Virus record (IMG/VR): IMGVR_UViG_3300027708_000002 | DNA: 64,000 bases | Strand: one strand, 5' to 3' | Source of the DNA: an uncultured virus (IMG/VR IMGVR_UViG_3300027708_000002) | Taxonomy: Duplodnaviria > Heunggongvirae > Uroviricota > Caudoviricetes | Shown here: positions 44,487 through 54,884 of the stretch, in pieces | Position numbering within the stretch: position 1 is the first letter of the stretch | How the letters are laid out: every line of letters starts with the position of its first letter | Made by a program: the position numbers and the translations under genes | Notes under the pieces: generated by a model | What the model was told of the DNA's origin: nothing | Seen by the model: the letters and a program-made list of their open reading frames with translations, nothing else | Databases searched by the model: none

Positions 44487-44771
44487 ATGGACGAGAAAGA
44501 CCCTCTCACTGAGCGTGTAGATCAGCTTGAATCTAAGTTAGATGAACACATCGAGAAAACAGACAAGCGACTAGATGCGCTGGGGGAGGCCTTTCCTAAC
44601 AGCGACGCTATGGGGCACAAAAGTTACCATGACCGGCTAATGCAGGAACGTATCCGACGCGCTGATTTTTACAACAAACTCAAGCTTGACGTTGTAAAAT
44701 GGGCTACTATGGGAACTCTGGGCTGGGCTGCATACGCCCTTTGGGCGGCATTTTTAAAGGGGCCAAAATAA
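44487..44771 (+). CDS. membrane protein (holin/antiholin-like)
   Basis: coiled coil plus C-terminal TM segment; in the lysis cluster. Confidence 0.5.
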   Translation: MDEKDPLTERVDQLESKLDEHIEKTDKRLDALGEAFPNSDAMGHKSYHDRLMQERIRRADFYNKLKLDVVKWATMGTLGWAAYALWAAFLKGPK

Positions 44772-45181
44772 TGTTTGGATTAGACGCACTGTTGAATATA
44801 GGTGGAAAGCTTATTGACAAACTGATTCCTGACCCAGAGCAGAAGGCCAAAGCCCAGCTAGACTTAGCCAAAATGGCGCAAGACGGTGAGCTAGCTAAGA
44901 TGGCTAACGATACAAAATTGTTTGAAGTAGAGCAAACTAACATCAGCGACCGCTGGAAAGCGGATATGTCCTCGGACTCTTGGCTGTCGAAAAACATTAG
45001 GCCTATGGCTCTCATAGCCATCTTTGTAGCTTACTTTGTGTTCACTATGATGAGCGCGTTTGGTTACAACGCACAAGAATCCTATGTGCAGTTGCTAGGC
45101 CAGTGGGGCCAGATTATTTTCCTAGCGTATTTTGGTGGTCGCACCGTAGAGAAGCTCGCAGATATGCGCGGTAAGAAATGA
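44771..45181 (+). CDS. holin (3TM family-like)
   Basis: GKLIDKLIPDP, WLSKNIRP, YFGGRT.EK; hydrophobic segments. Confidence 0.7.
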   Translation: MFGLDALLNIGGKLIDKLIPDPEQKAKAQLDLAKMAQDGELAKMANDTKLFEVEQTNISDRWKADMSSDSWLSKNIRPMALIAIFVAYFVFTMMSAFGYNAQESYVQLLGQWGQIIFLAYFGGRTVEKLADMRGKK

Positions 45182-45645
45182 ATCTAAGCCATAACTTCAC
45201 CTTTGAAGAACTAACCCACACTGACCACCGTGAGTTGGACAACACACCGACAGACAAAGAGGTGTGTATCATTGAGGGGCATGAGGTGGCTGTCGATGCC
45301 ATAGCTAACCTCTCTCGTCTAGCAGAGTTTTTGGAGCACATTAAAGCGCTTCTCGGTGGCAGACCTATTATGGTAAATAGCGCGTTTCGTTCAGAGGCGG
45401 TCAACGCTGCCGTAGGTTCTAAGCGTACTAGCGACCATAGGCGCGGTTGTGCAGCAGATATCAGGGTGCCCAACCTTACTCCTGACCAAGTAATACGCGC
45501 CATCATTGACAGCGACTTGGAATATCAGCAGGTGATTCGCGAGTTTGACAGGTGGACACATGTTTCTATACCTACGTACGCTAATAGTCCTCCTAAGAAA
45601 TCAGCTCTTATTATTGATAAGAACGGCACTCGCCCATTTATCTAG
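45178..45645 (+). CDS. endolysin, peptidase M15 family
   Basis: LSHNFTFEEL, SAFRS..VN.AVG..TSDH..G.AADI, WTHVS. Confidence 0.85.
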   Translation: MNLSHNFTFEELTHTDHRELDNTPTDKEVCIIEGHEVAVDAIANLSRLAEFLEHIKALLGGRPIMVNSAFRSEAVNAAVGSKRTSDHRRGCAADIRVPNLTPDQVIRAIIDSDLEYQQVIREFDRWTHVSIPTYANSPPKKSALIIDKNGTRPFI

Positions 45646-45655
45646 GGGGAAAACC

Positions 45656-47773
45656 GTGCCCTTAAAAAAGATCAGCCTCAAACCCGGGGTCAACAGAGAA
45701 AACACTCGATACACCAACGAAAATGGTTGGTACGACTCCGACAAGATACGGTTCCGTCAAGGAACACCTGAAAAGATTGGTGGCTGGCAGCAAATATCTG
45801 CGGCTACTTTTCTTGGGACTTGCCGGTCTCTTTGGACATGGATAACTCTTGGTGCCCAAAAGTTGATTGGTGTTGGCACCAATGTTAAGTTCTACATCTC
45901 GAATGGTGGGCAGTACTACTGCCAAACGCCGTTTGAAAAAGTTAACCTATTAGGCACTAATCCGTTTACAACAGACGTTGGATCCAACCAGACTAGTAGT
46001 GCGGGGCCGTACACCATAGTTACCGTCACTGACGCAACAAGCGGCGCTAAGTTAAATAACTATGTTGACATATACAACGCACCTACTGTCAATAACGTGG
46101 TGCTTAATGGTAGTTTTTTAATTACTTTCACTGGCCCCGGCTACTACAAAATTTTGGTAAAAGGTACAGCGGCCGCATCTGGCGCTGGCGGGGGCACTGG
46201 GGTGTATGTTTTCTATGAGATTGATACCGGCCCTGAGTTTGCTGTCCCCCTAACTGGCTGGGGTGCGGGTGGTTGGGGCACTGGTACTTGGGGCGTAGGC
46301 ACTACTGGGGTTGACCCACTGCGCGTATGGAGCCAGTCTAACTTTGGCGAGAATTTAATTTTTGGCCCTCGCGGCGGCGGTATTTACTACTGGAACGCTA
46401 GTGTTGGCTATCGCCCTTCCGCAGCTACTGTTACTATTGCTAGCCCAGCGGTAGTCACTTTTGCCTCTGCGTTACCTGATGGAACTGCGGTTCAACTTTT
46501 GACTACGGGCAAATTGCCTATAGGCTTAGTTCCCGGCACGGTATATTACGTAGTCGGTGCCTCCGGTATAACTTGTAAGCTCGCGGCTACGCCGGGCGGC
46601 ACGCCAATCAACACATCGGGTACACAGTCGGGTACACACTATTTATCATCCCACGGAATTAACGCAAGTAAGCTTGCTGGCGCTACAAGCGTTCCTATTA
46701 AGCAGAACTACATTATTGTTTCTGACATCAGCCGTTTTGTGTTTGTTCTAGGCTGTACTGAGTATGGATCAACATTGTTTGACCCTATGCTCATTCGCTG
46801 GGCGGATCAAGAGTCTGTAACCGACTGGGCACCAACAGCCACAAACCAAGCTGGTTTCTTGCGCCTTTCTCATGGCGCTCAAATCGTTACGGCTGTTCAA
46901 TCTCGCCAAGAACTTTTGGTGTGGACAGACTCATCGCTTTACTCCTTGCAGTACGTAGGCGCGCCTATTATTTGGAAGGCCGACATTGTTGGCGACAACA
47001 TTTCTGTTGCAGGGCAGAATGCTATTTCTTTTGCTAACGGTGTGTCTTACTGGATGGGTGTAGATAAGTTCTACAAATACGATGGGCGCACCCAGACTTT
47101 GAGTTGCGACTTGCGACAGTACATCTTTGGTGATATCAACACCTCTCAGCTTGACCAAGTGTATTCTGGTACGAACGAAGGATTTAACGAGGTCTGGTGG
47201 TTCTATTGTTCAAAAGACTCGACAAGAGTCGACCGTTATGCAGTCTACAACTACCTTGAGAATGTTTGGTACTACGGCACGATGGGGCGTACGGCTTGGC
47301 TTGATTCTGGTTTAAGGAGCCTACCCCTTGCTGCTACGTATGCAAATAATTTAGTCGATCATGAAGTAGGTTACGATGACAACACCTCTGGCACCCCTCA
47401 GCCAATACCAGCTTTTATTACTTCTGCTGAGTTTGACATCGATGATGGTGACCACTTTATGTTTATTCGTCGTATTTTGCCGGACGTAACGTTTAGAGGT
47501 TCTACTACAGAAAACCCATCTATTAGTATGACGCTGTACCCACTAGCAAACTCAGGTTCTGGATACAACGACCCACCTACTGAGGGGGGTGTAAATTACG
47601 CTACCATAACCCGCACTGCTGAGGTTCCTGTGGAAAAGTTTACAGGGCAGGTATTTGTACGTATACGCGGACGTCAAATGGCTATAAAAGTAGCATCAAC
47701 TGATCTTGGCGTCTCGTGGCAACTCGGGTCTCCACGCTTAGATATGCGTCCTGATGGGTTTAGAGGCACCTGA
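45656..47773 (+). CDS. tail hub/nozzle (DNA stabilisation) protein
   Basis: GTG start at 45656; beta-propeller-like 705 aa upstream of the internal proteins. Confidence 0.65.
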   Translation: MPLKKISLKPGVNRENTRYTNENGWYDSDKIRFRQGTPEKIGGWQQISAATFLGTCRSLWTWITLGAQKLIGVGTNVKFYISNGGQYYCQTPFEKVNLLGTNPFTTDVGSNQTSSAGPYTIVTVTDATSGAKLNNYVDIYNAPTVNNVVLNGSFLITFTGPGYYKILVKGTAAASGAGGGTGVYVFYEIDTGPEFAVPLTGWGAGGWGTGTWGVGTTGVDPLRVWSQSNFGENLIFGPRGGGIYYWNASVGYRPSAATVTIASPAVVTFASALPDGTAVQLLTTGKLPIGLVPGTVYYVVGASGITCKLAATPGGTPINTSGTQSGTHYLSSHGINASKLAGATSVPIKQNYIIVSDISRFVFVLGCTEYGSTLFDPMLIRWADQESVTDWAPTATNQAGFLRLSHGAQIVTAVQSRQELLVWTDSSLYSLQYVGAPIIWKADIVGDNISVAGQNAISFANGVSYWMGVDKFYKYDGRTQTLSCDLRQYIFGDINTSQLDQVYSGTNEGFNEVWWFYCSKDSTRVDRYAVYNYLENVWYYGTMGRTAWLDSGLRSLPLAATYANNLVDHEVGYDDNTSGTPQPIPAFITSAEFDIDDGDHFMFIRRILPDVTFRGSTTENPSISMTLYPLANSGSGYNDPPTEGGVNYATITRTAEVPVEKFTGQVFVRIRGRQMAIKVASTDLGVSWQLGSPRLDMRPDGFRGT

Positions 47774-48084
47774 TGAAAAATTATGTCAATCAAGTAGTTC
47801 CCCCAGCTTTACCATTAGCACGGGATGAATACGAGCGTGCATACCAAGATCAGCTTAACAACGTCTTACGTTTGTACTTTGTGCAGCTAAACGCTATTGT
47901 TAATGCGTTACATATCCCCACTACGTATATAGTAGCAGACTTACCAAGCGCGGCTGGCCTTGGAGTAGGGGCTAGGTCTTTTGCAACTGATGCAACTGGC
48001 CCTACGTTTGGCTCTATAGTTGTAGGCGGTGGATCGACTAAAGTACCTGTATATTCAGACGGAACCAATTGGAGAGTGGGATGA
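47773..48084 (+). CDS. small tail protein
   Basis: DQLNNVLRLYF; VYSDGTNWRVG. Confidence 0.55.
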   Translation: MKNYVNQVVPPALPLARDEYERAYQDQLNNVLRLYFVQLNAIVNALHIPTTYIVADLPSAAGLGVGARSFATDATGPTFGSIVVGGGSTKVPVYSDGTNWRVG

Positions 48085-48545
48085 AGCCGCATCACGTTAA
48101 CAGCAAACAGCACATGCTGTCTAACAACGACATATTGTTAGTAGCTGCTCACGATCACCCAGAGGTTGCGGAGCAAGCGTACAAGAAAGCGGGAAGTCCA
48201 CCACAAGCTACGCCAGAGTTGTTGTTGTATACGATCTTTAATCAGTTGTTTGTACAACCAAATGTCATTAGATTGCGGGAGGGCAACACGCTTGCCACAT
48301 TAACTCCAGCGGAAAACGAAGAGGCGCTCTTCCTAATGTTTGATGCAGACAGCCCAAACAACACTGTAAACAACATTGCACAGTGCATTGAAGCAGCGCG
48401 AAAGATGGGGTTTAAAAAGCTATTCGCACAATCTGACAAGCCTATAGTTAACAAGATGGTTCAAAGAGCCGTTGGAAAACTTAAAGGTAAGCACTCTTTT
48501 GTGATTAGGGGCAAATCCATGGTATTGGAGTTTGCAAATGTGTAA
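48081..48545 (+). CDS. hypothetical protein
   Basis: ATGA-coupled ORF. Confidence 0.55.
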   Translation: MKPHHVNSKQHMLSNNDILLVAAHDHPEVAEQAYKKAGSPPQATPELLLYTIFNQLFVQPNVIRLREGNTLATLTPAENEEALFLMFDADSPNNTVNNIAQCIEAARKMGFKKLFAQSDKPIVNKMVQRAVGKLKGKHSFVIRGKSMVLEFANV

Positions 48546-51135
48546 TCCACTTGAAGCGGTATCGAACGCTGTATCGCAAGCTTGGAACACAGTCACGGGG
48601 ACTATTAGCCAAATCATTAGCAACCCCCTGCCAGTCATCACAATGGCGGCAGCGACATGGGCGCTTGGGCCATCGGGCGCAGGATTAGTTTCTGCCGCCA
48701 CTGCGCCAGTTTTAGCAGCGGGAACCATCACTGCGATTCAGGGCGGGAACATTGGACAGATCGCCAAAAATTCCTTATTGGCTTATGGAGCCAATAACTT
48801 TGCGGGCCCCACTGGTATTGGAGATGTGACTAGCTATGTGGGTTCGCAAATAGGCGGAACTGCTGGGGCTATGACTACGGCTGGATTGAACAATGCGTTC
48901 TTTAATTCCACAGTTGCGGCGGTGGGCGGGGGAAATATAGCGCATGCGTTTGGCACTGGGTTTGTAGGAGGTGCTGCCGGTTCCCTCGCTAACACTGCAT
49001 TCACCTCGGACACGGGGAAAAGTTTTTTTGGGGATATGCAAAGCACATTTGGCTTAAGCAATACCCAAATGAAGTACATCCAAGGCGCGACTTTAGCGAC
49101 TTCTACGGCTGCTTTATCTGGACAAGATCCAACAAGGGCCTTGGGAAATTACATTGCACAAAACATTTCCAACTATGGCAAAAAAGAATTCAATGAGTTC
49201 CTCGACTCCGCAAAGAAGTCATATCAAAATCTAGACTCTAGTAGCAGTAGTTTAAAAACTTCCCAAGGAAATTACGAAGCGATTAAGTCTCAATACGATA
49301 GCCAGTTATCTACCGCAGAACAACTGCGTACGTCCATTAATGCAGGCAATGCGGAAATGAAGGATGTTATAGATAACAACTATACGCCATTTAAAAATAA
49401 CTATGATACAGCAATTGGATACATAAACGAGGCCAAAGGAAATTACGACGCTTGGAAATCATCGTACGATGTCTGGATGGAATATTATAATCGCTATGCC
49501 CCGCTGAACTTTCCGGGCAAAAACGAATACATGAATATGCTTGTGAATGGTATTAATGATCACATAAGAGTGTGTAACGAACAAGCAACTTACATACAAA
49601 ACACAACTGCGTATGCTAATAAGTTATATGAAGATAACAAGCCTACAATTGATTATCTTAATAGTAAAAAAGCAGAAATAGAGCAGCAAGTTTCACGGTT
49701 TCAATCAATTAAGACTGACATCGAATCACCAAATGGTTCAAATTTGGCTTCACAGCTTCTTAACGCATCGAACGATCTTCAGGCAAAATTTGATCAATTT
49801 ACCGCTGCAAAACAGAGCGTAGACAATATATCAAGCCAATACGTCACTAAGCTAGCTGACATTGGGGGCCATGAAGCAGAAGCTCAGCAACAAGCAGAAG
49901 CCCAAAGACAAGCTGAAGAGGCTCAACGACAAGCAGAAGCTCAAAGACAAGCTGAGGCGGAAGCAGCTAGACAAGCGGAAGAAGCCCGTGCTGCCGCCCA
50001 AGCTGAAGCTGACCGACAGGCTGAATTAGCACGCACGCAACATGATGCAGAAGAAAGAGCCAAGGCAGAAGAACTCCGTAGAATAGCCCAAGAAGAGGCT
50101 GATAAACATGCAGAGATTGTCCGACAAGCTGAAGAAGCTCAACGACAAGCTGAGGCCCAAAGGCAAGCTGAAGAAGCCCAAAAGCAAGCTGAAGAAGCCC
50201 AAAGGCAAGCTGAAGAAGCCCAAAGGCAAGCTGAAGCCCAAAAACAAGCTGAAGCCCAGAAGCAGCCAGAGCCCCCTGCCGAGACTGTGCAACCTCCCAC
50301 TGAGACTGTAGAGCCCCCTGCCGAGACTGTGCAACCTCCCACTGAGACTGTAGAGCCCCCTGCCGAGACTGTGCAACCGCCCACTGAGACTGTGCAACCT
50401 CCCGGCGCTGTATACGATGTTAATGATACGGACATAGGGTCTGAAACTGGGTCTGAAACTGTAACAACCAGCCCCGGTGAAGAAGTAATTCCAGAAATAC
50501 CGGAAGAGACTTGGACTCCTCCTACAGGGCTCCCCGATGCAAATATATCGACTGGGATTGACAACGAAGGGGCTGATTTGGGGGGTGGCACGGAATTTAA
50601 TCGTGACCAATTCTATAGAGACATAGGTATTGATCCAGCCTCCATGAAAGACGAGCCACCTATGTCTCAAGAAGATATAGATGCGATTATTCGGGGGGAA
50701 AACGTACCTGTTCATACAGCTAATGGCACGGTAAATATATTTGGTGGAAAAGTAGTTACCCCAAAACCCGTAACACCTACGCCTAAGCCAACTACGACTA
50801 CGCCAACTACGACTACGCCAACTACGACTACGCCAACTACGACTACGCCAACTACTACGGCACCGGTGCAAAACACCCCAAGGTCAAATGTACTGCTTGC
50901 GGCCCTTATGGATAGCTTAAATCAGGGGCAGGGGCAACAAGTCCAGCAGGGGCAAGGGCAGAACCAAGGTCAACAAGGGCCAAAACCTGCGGACATCAGC
51001 TACGTTTTCGACTGGAGTAGCATTTTTGCTAACCCTGCGCAGGAAAATAGGTTTGTGACTCCATACGCACAAGGTGGTCTTGTTGACGACACTGGTGATA
51101 TAAACACTGAATTGTTAAAAATCTTGAGGGGCTAA
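48538..51135 (+). CDS. internal virion/ejection protein with low-complexity repeats
   Basis: hydrophobic G/A-rich N-terminus, EAQRQA coil, PPAETV and TTPTT repeats, YAQGG. Confidence 0.65.
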   Translation: MCNPLEAVSNAVSQAWNTVTGTISQIISNPLPVITMAAATWALGPSGAGLVSAATAPVLAAGTITAIQGGNIGQIAKNSLLAYGANNFAGPTGIGDVTSYVGSQIGGTAGAMTTAGLNNAFFNSTVAAVGGGNIAHAFGTGFVGGAAGSLANTAFTSDTGKSFFGDMQSTFGLSNTQMKYIQGATLATSTAALSGQDPTRALGNYIAQNISNYGKKEFNEFLDSAKKSYQNLDSSSSSLKTSQGNYEAIKSQYDSQLSTAEQLRTSINAGNAEMKDVIDNNYTPFKNNYDTAIGYINEAKGNYDAWKSSYDVWMEYYNRYAPLNFPGKNEYMNMLVNGINDHIRVCNEQATYIQNTTAYANKLYEDNKPTIDYLNSKKAEIEQQVSRFQSIKTDIESPNGSNLASQLLNASNDLQAKFDQFTAAKQSVDNISSQYVTKLADIGGHEAEAQQQAEAQRQAEEAQRQAEAQRQAEAEAARQAEEARAAAQAEADRQAELARTQHDAEERAKAEELRRIAQEEADKHAEIVRQAEEAQRQAEAQRQAEEAQKQAEEAQRQAEEAQRQAEAQKQAEAQKQPEPPAETVQPPTETVEPPAETVQPPTETVEPPAETVQPPTETVQPPGAVYDVNDTDIGSETGSETVTTSPGEEVIPEIPEETWTPPTGLPDANISTGIDNEGADLGGGTEFNRDQFYRDIGIDPASMKDEPPMSQEDIDAIIRGENVPVHTANGTVNIFGGKVVTPKPVTPTPKPTTTTPTTTTPTTTTPTTTTPTTTAPVQNTPRSNVLLAALMDSLNQGQGQQVQQGQGQNQGQQGPKPADISYVFDWSSIFANPAQENRFVTPYAQGGLVDDTGDINTELLKILRG

Positions 51136-51137
51136 AA

Positions 51138-52148
51138 ATGGATGTACCAGACTACACAGATTACCCGGGGCTTGACAGCGATACTAGTAATTGGACGCCC
51201 ATAGCACTACCAAACGGTTCGTTCATCTACGAAGATAACGGTTCTTATGTTGACAAAAATGGGTATGCAGTAAGTCCCGATGGGTCTTTTCTTTATACCC
51301 CGGAAGAACAGGCATTAATTGACGCTCAGACCAAAGCGGAAAATCAACTTGGCGGAGTTCCGGGTTCAAGCGCTACAGGTGGTATAGATTTTTCTTCAAC
51401 CATAAAGAACATAGGCACTGATGCCTTTAACGCCGTCAAAAGTTTATACACTAAAAAAGTTAACGGGCAGGATGTAACAGATTGGCGAGCAATTGCTGCT
51501 ACCGCCGGTGGTTTGTATGGCTTATCCCAAAGCCAGAAGCCACAAGATAAAACAGGTTATCTAGGTGGTATCCCTAAGTATGAGGCCGTGCGTGAGCAAG
51601 TAGCTAACACTTATGACCCTAACCGACGCCCCGGAAGTGCCGCGCAAACCTACTTTACCAATACAAAATATGTTGCACCTGAGAACACTGGTGCCGCACG
51701 CGCCGCTGCCGTAGGGGAAGCCGCTGGTTTAGAAGCCCTAAACAAAGCCAATCCGGCACAACAATCGCGCCCGGTTCTACAAGCTGGTGCGCTTCAAACG
51801 CAGCCTACGTCGTTGGTAGCTGGAGATGCGCCTGTGCCACAGTACGCTGCCGGAGGTATTGCTGGGCTACCCAAGAGCGGAGCCAAAGCATCACAAGGTC
51901 GATATTTAAGTGGTGAAACCGATGGTATGGCTGATAAAATACCGGCAAAGATTGACGGTAAACAAGAAGCTAAGTTAAGTCACGGGGAGTTTGTTATTCC
52001 AGCGGACGTAGTTGGGCACCTTGGTAACGGCAATTCCGAAGCTGGCGCAAAGCGCCTTTACGAAATGATGGATCGAATTAGGCATGCTCGCACGGGTACA
52101 ACCAAACAAGGCAAGCAAATTAACTCCGACAAATTTTTACCCAAGTGA
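51138..52148 (+). CDS. internal virion protein with DGMAD.IPA...LSHGEFVIPADVV domain
   Basis: motif visible near the C-terminus; YAAGG upstream of it. Confidence 0.65.
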   Translation: MDVPDYTDYPGLDSDTSNWTPIALPNGSFIYEDNGSYVDKNGYAVSPDGSFLYTPEEQALIDAQTKAENQLGGVPGSSATGGIDFSSTIKNIGTDAFNAVKSLYTKKVNGQDVTDWRAIAATAGGLYGLSQSQKPQDKTGYLGGIPKYEAVREQVANTYDPNRRPGSAAQTYFTNTKYVAPENTGAARAAAVGEAAGLEALNKANPAQQSRPVLQAGALQTQPTSLVAGDAPVPQYAAGGIAGLPKSGAKASQGRYLSGETDGMADKIPAKIDGKQEAKLSHGEFVIPADVVGHLGNGNSEAGAKRLYEMMDRIRHARTGTTKQGKQINSDKFLPK

Positions 52149-52156
52149 GGTAGTAC

Positions 52157-53050
52157 ATGACAAACCCCGCAGCACCTAGAGTTTCCGATTCCGCCGCCCA
52201 AACTGGGGTCGGGTTAAATACCGGAACCGAGTCATCCCTATCTAATTGGGCTGGGCCGTATGTAACGGACATGCTGGGTAAAGGGCAAGCCCTGTCTAAC
52301 CAAGGGTATCAAGCTTACGGTGGCCCCCTGACTGCTGGTTCGTCCGCCTTACAGAATACGGCGTTTCAAGGGATTGCTGGGTTGGCGGTACCTACTGACC
52401 AGATGGGTGCATTTAACCCGCAGTCGTTTACTGGGGACGGCACTGCACAAAAGTACATGAATCCGTACTTGCAGATGGCACTTGACCCACAGATGGCAGA
52501 ATTACAACGGCAGAATGACATCGCCAATATGAAAACCAACTCCCAGTTCACGCAAGCTGGTGGTTTTGGTGGGGGTCGTCAGGCTGTGGCAAACACTGAA
52601 AATCAGCGCAACATGCTCCAGCAAATGAACACTACCTTGGGTCAAGGCTACTCCACTGCATACGACAAAGCTGCGCAGCAGTTCAATACTGAGCAAGGCC
52701 GTGGGCAGTCCGCACAGGATGCCGCTAACGCTTATGGTCTGAGTGCACTTCAGAAACAAGCTGATCTTGGTCAAACGCAACGTGATATTGAACAGCAAGG
52801 CATTACCGCAGATGTCAATGAGTTCAACACCCAGCGTGAGTACCCGTACAAGCAAGTGCAGTACCAGCAATCGTTACTGCAAGGGTTGCCACTTCAGTCC
52901 CAAACCTACTCATACTCACAACCCAGCGCACTATCGCAAGTCCTTGGGCAAAGTGGCGGTATTATGGACTTGTACGACCGAATTTTTGGTTCGAGCAATA
53001 CAACATCCTCGGGTACAACAGGCACAGGCACAGGCACAACCGCGAAATAA
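52157..53050 (+). CDS. DNA ejection/pilot-like protein
   Basis: Q-rich; YMNPY, AGGFGGGRQ, YPYKQV. Confidence 0.65.
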   Translation: MTNPAAPRVSDSAAQTGVGLNTGTESSLSNWAGPYVTDMLGKGQALSNQGYQAYGGPLTAGSSALQNTAFQGIAGLAVPTDQMGAFNPQSFTGDGTAQKYMNPYLQMALDPQMAELQRQNDIANMKTNSQFTQAGGFGGGRQAVANTENQRNMLQQMNTTLGQGYSTAYDKAAQQFNTEQGRGQSAQDAANAYGLSALQKQADLGQTQRDIEQQGITADVNEFNTQREYPYKQVQYQQSLLQGLPLQSQTYSYSQPSALSQVLGQSGGIMDLYDRIFGSSNTTSSGTTGTGTGTTAK

Positions 53051-53059
53051 GGACACGAC

Positions 53060-54883
53060 ATGCAATCGCAAAACGGTACACCCCAAGGGCTTGCAGGGCT
53101 TGCACAACAACGGCAACAACCGCAGATGCCTAACCCCGGCAACGCAAGTCCTATGGCTGGGCTGGGGAGTGTGGATGACCGTGTTTCAGCATATCAAGGC
53201 AACACAAAGCCGCTGGAGCAACGCTACGCAATGGGTCAAGACCTGCTTGATCTACTAGCACTCCAAAAGATTAAGTCCCAGAAGGACGCCGCTGCACGTC
53301 AAATGCAGTTGCAGATGGCGCAGCAAAACGCCCAGAACGGGCAAGCAAACATGACCGTAGCTCAGCAACGTGAGCAAGAAGTCAATGAGTTGACTAAAAA
53401 CGAGATGGCACAACAGCGGGGAGATACCGCACAAAAGCAGACTTCTGACCTGATGGCCGGTATTGCTGCTGCCCCCGGTGCAAACGCCGCTGCACAACCT
53501 AACGCCATGGCTGCTGGCGGTATCGTGGGGTATGCCGGAGGCGGTGCAGTGGGCTACTTTAAGGGTGGTGATGTGGATGCTGCGCGAGAGCGCCGTAAAG
53601 TCGCCCAGCAAAAGTTGTATTCCTATGGGTTACGCCAGCGCCAGCAAGACCCCGAGGGGTATGCAGCCGCAGAGAAAGAAAGTCAGGAAGCCCAAGAAGC
53701 TTTAAATGCAGCCGAAAAAGAACTTACCGGTGGCCCTGTTGGGGCTATGCTGCGCCCTATGGGCGCTCCTGTACCTCGCCCTGCCGCTGCCGCTGCCCCA
53801 ACGCCCGAAGCGCAAGCAACTGCTGTACCACCTGCGGCTCCCTCTGCCGCCCCTCAAGCGGCCCCTCCTGCGGCCCCAAAACCCCCTACTCAACAGGCTG
53901 CCCCGAGCCCCTCTGGTGATGGTGCCTTACCTCCCGCTGGTGGAGCCTCACCGGTTCAACTCGGTGTAGCTGGCCCCGCAAACGCCTTGGGTGCCAAACT
54001 TGAAGATATTACGTTAAAAAATGCACAGGTTGACCCCGCTGCCCGGCAGCTTTCGGAAGAAGAGCGTATTCAACAAAAAACGGCCCTTACACCCGAGCAA
54101 CGCAAGGTGTATGAAGAAGGTATTGCCGGGTTACAGAAGATGTACCAAATGCAGTATGACCCCGAACGCCTACGCCAAGAAGGTCTTAAACGTGCCTTGA
54201 TCGGTGCGGGTGGCCGTCGCTACGGCGAGTTTGCCGGTGCGGCTACAGCGGGTATGGATTATGACGAGCAACAACGCGCTGCCAAGCTAAAAGAGTTCGG
54301 TGACGTGCAGAAGGCTCGCACGGGTCTGATTGATATCGACCGCGCTAATGTCAAAGAAGGTATCGGTGCAGGTCAGAAAGCCTACGAACAGAGTAGCATG
54401 ACCCAGCGTCAGGGTCTGGAGTCTGGCCGTGGTTTGTATGGTGACGATGTTAAGTCACGAGACACCCTATACAGTGTTAACGTGCAGTCTAAAGACAAAG
54501 CACTCGACCGCGAAATTGATAAACTTAAAGTTGCGGCACAGAACAATGCAACAGCGGCAATGCGGGAAGGGCAGTCCTACGATAAGGCTCGCACTATCTA
54601 CTCAACCACAGTTAGTAGGGCCCAAGAACTTGAACGTCGTTTGGATGATGATTTCTCCAAACAGTACGGTATGTTGCTCATGCAAGAGCAAAATGGCAAA
54701 ATGGATCCCGCACAGAAAAATCAACTGGACACTGCGAAGCTACAGCTTCAACAGCAAAAAGCCAAGATTCGTAGCGAGTTGGAACCGGTGCTTGAATCGG
54801 CACGTCAAAAACTTGGCATAACGGACGGTAAACTATCCGCAGAAGACAAAGCATTGGTGAACAAGTACTCGGAAGGTAAGTGA
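53060..54883 (+). CDS. internal virion protein
   Basis: Q/A/P-rich; MAAGGIVGYAGGG. Confidence 0.65.
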   Translation: MQSQNGTPQGLAGLAQQRQQPQMPNPGNASPMAGLGSVDDRVSAYQGNTKPLEQRYAMGQDLLDLLALQKIKSQKDAAARQMQLQMAQQNAQNGQANMTVAQQREQEVNELTKNEMAQQRGDTAQKQTSDLMAGIAAAPGANAAAQPNAMAAGGIVGYAGGGAVGYFKGGDVDAARERRKVAQQKLYSYGLRQRQQDPEGYAAAEKESQEAQEALNAAEKELTGGPVGAMLRPMGAPVPRPAAAAAPTPEAQATAVPPAAPSAAPQAAPPAAPKPPTQQAAPSPSGDGALPPAGGASPVQLGVAGPANALGAKLEDITLKNAQVDPAARQLSEEERIQQKTALTPEQRKVYEEGIAGLQKMYQMQYDPERLRQEGLKRALIGAGGRRYGEFAGAATAGMDYDEQQRAAKLKEFGDVQKARTGLIDIDRANVKEGIGAGQKAYEQSSMTQRQGLESGRGLYGDDVKSRDTLYSVNVQSKDKALDREIDKLKVAAQNNATAAMREGQSYDKARTIYSTTVSRAQELERRLDDDFSKQYGMLLMQEQNGKMDPAQKNQLDTAKLQLQQQKAKIRSELEPVLESARQKLGITDGKLSAEDKALVNKYSEGK

Positions 54884-54884
54884 C

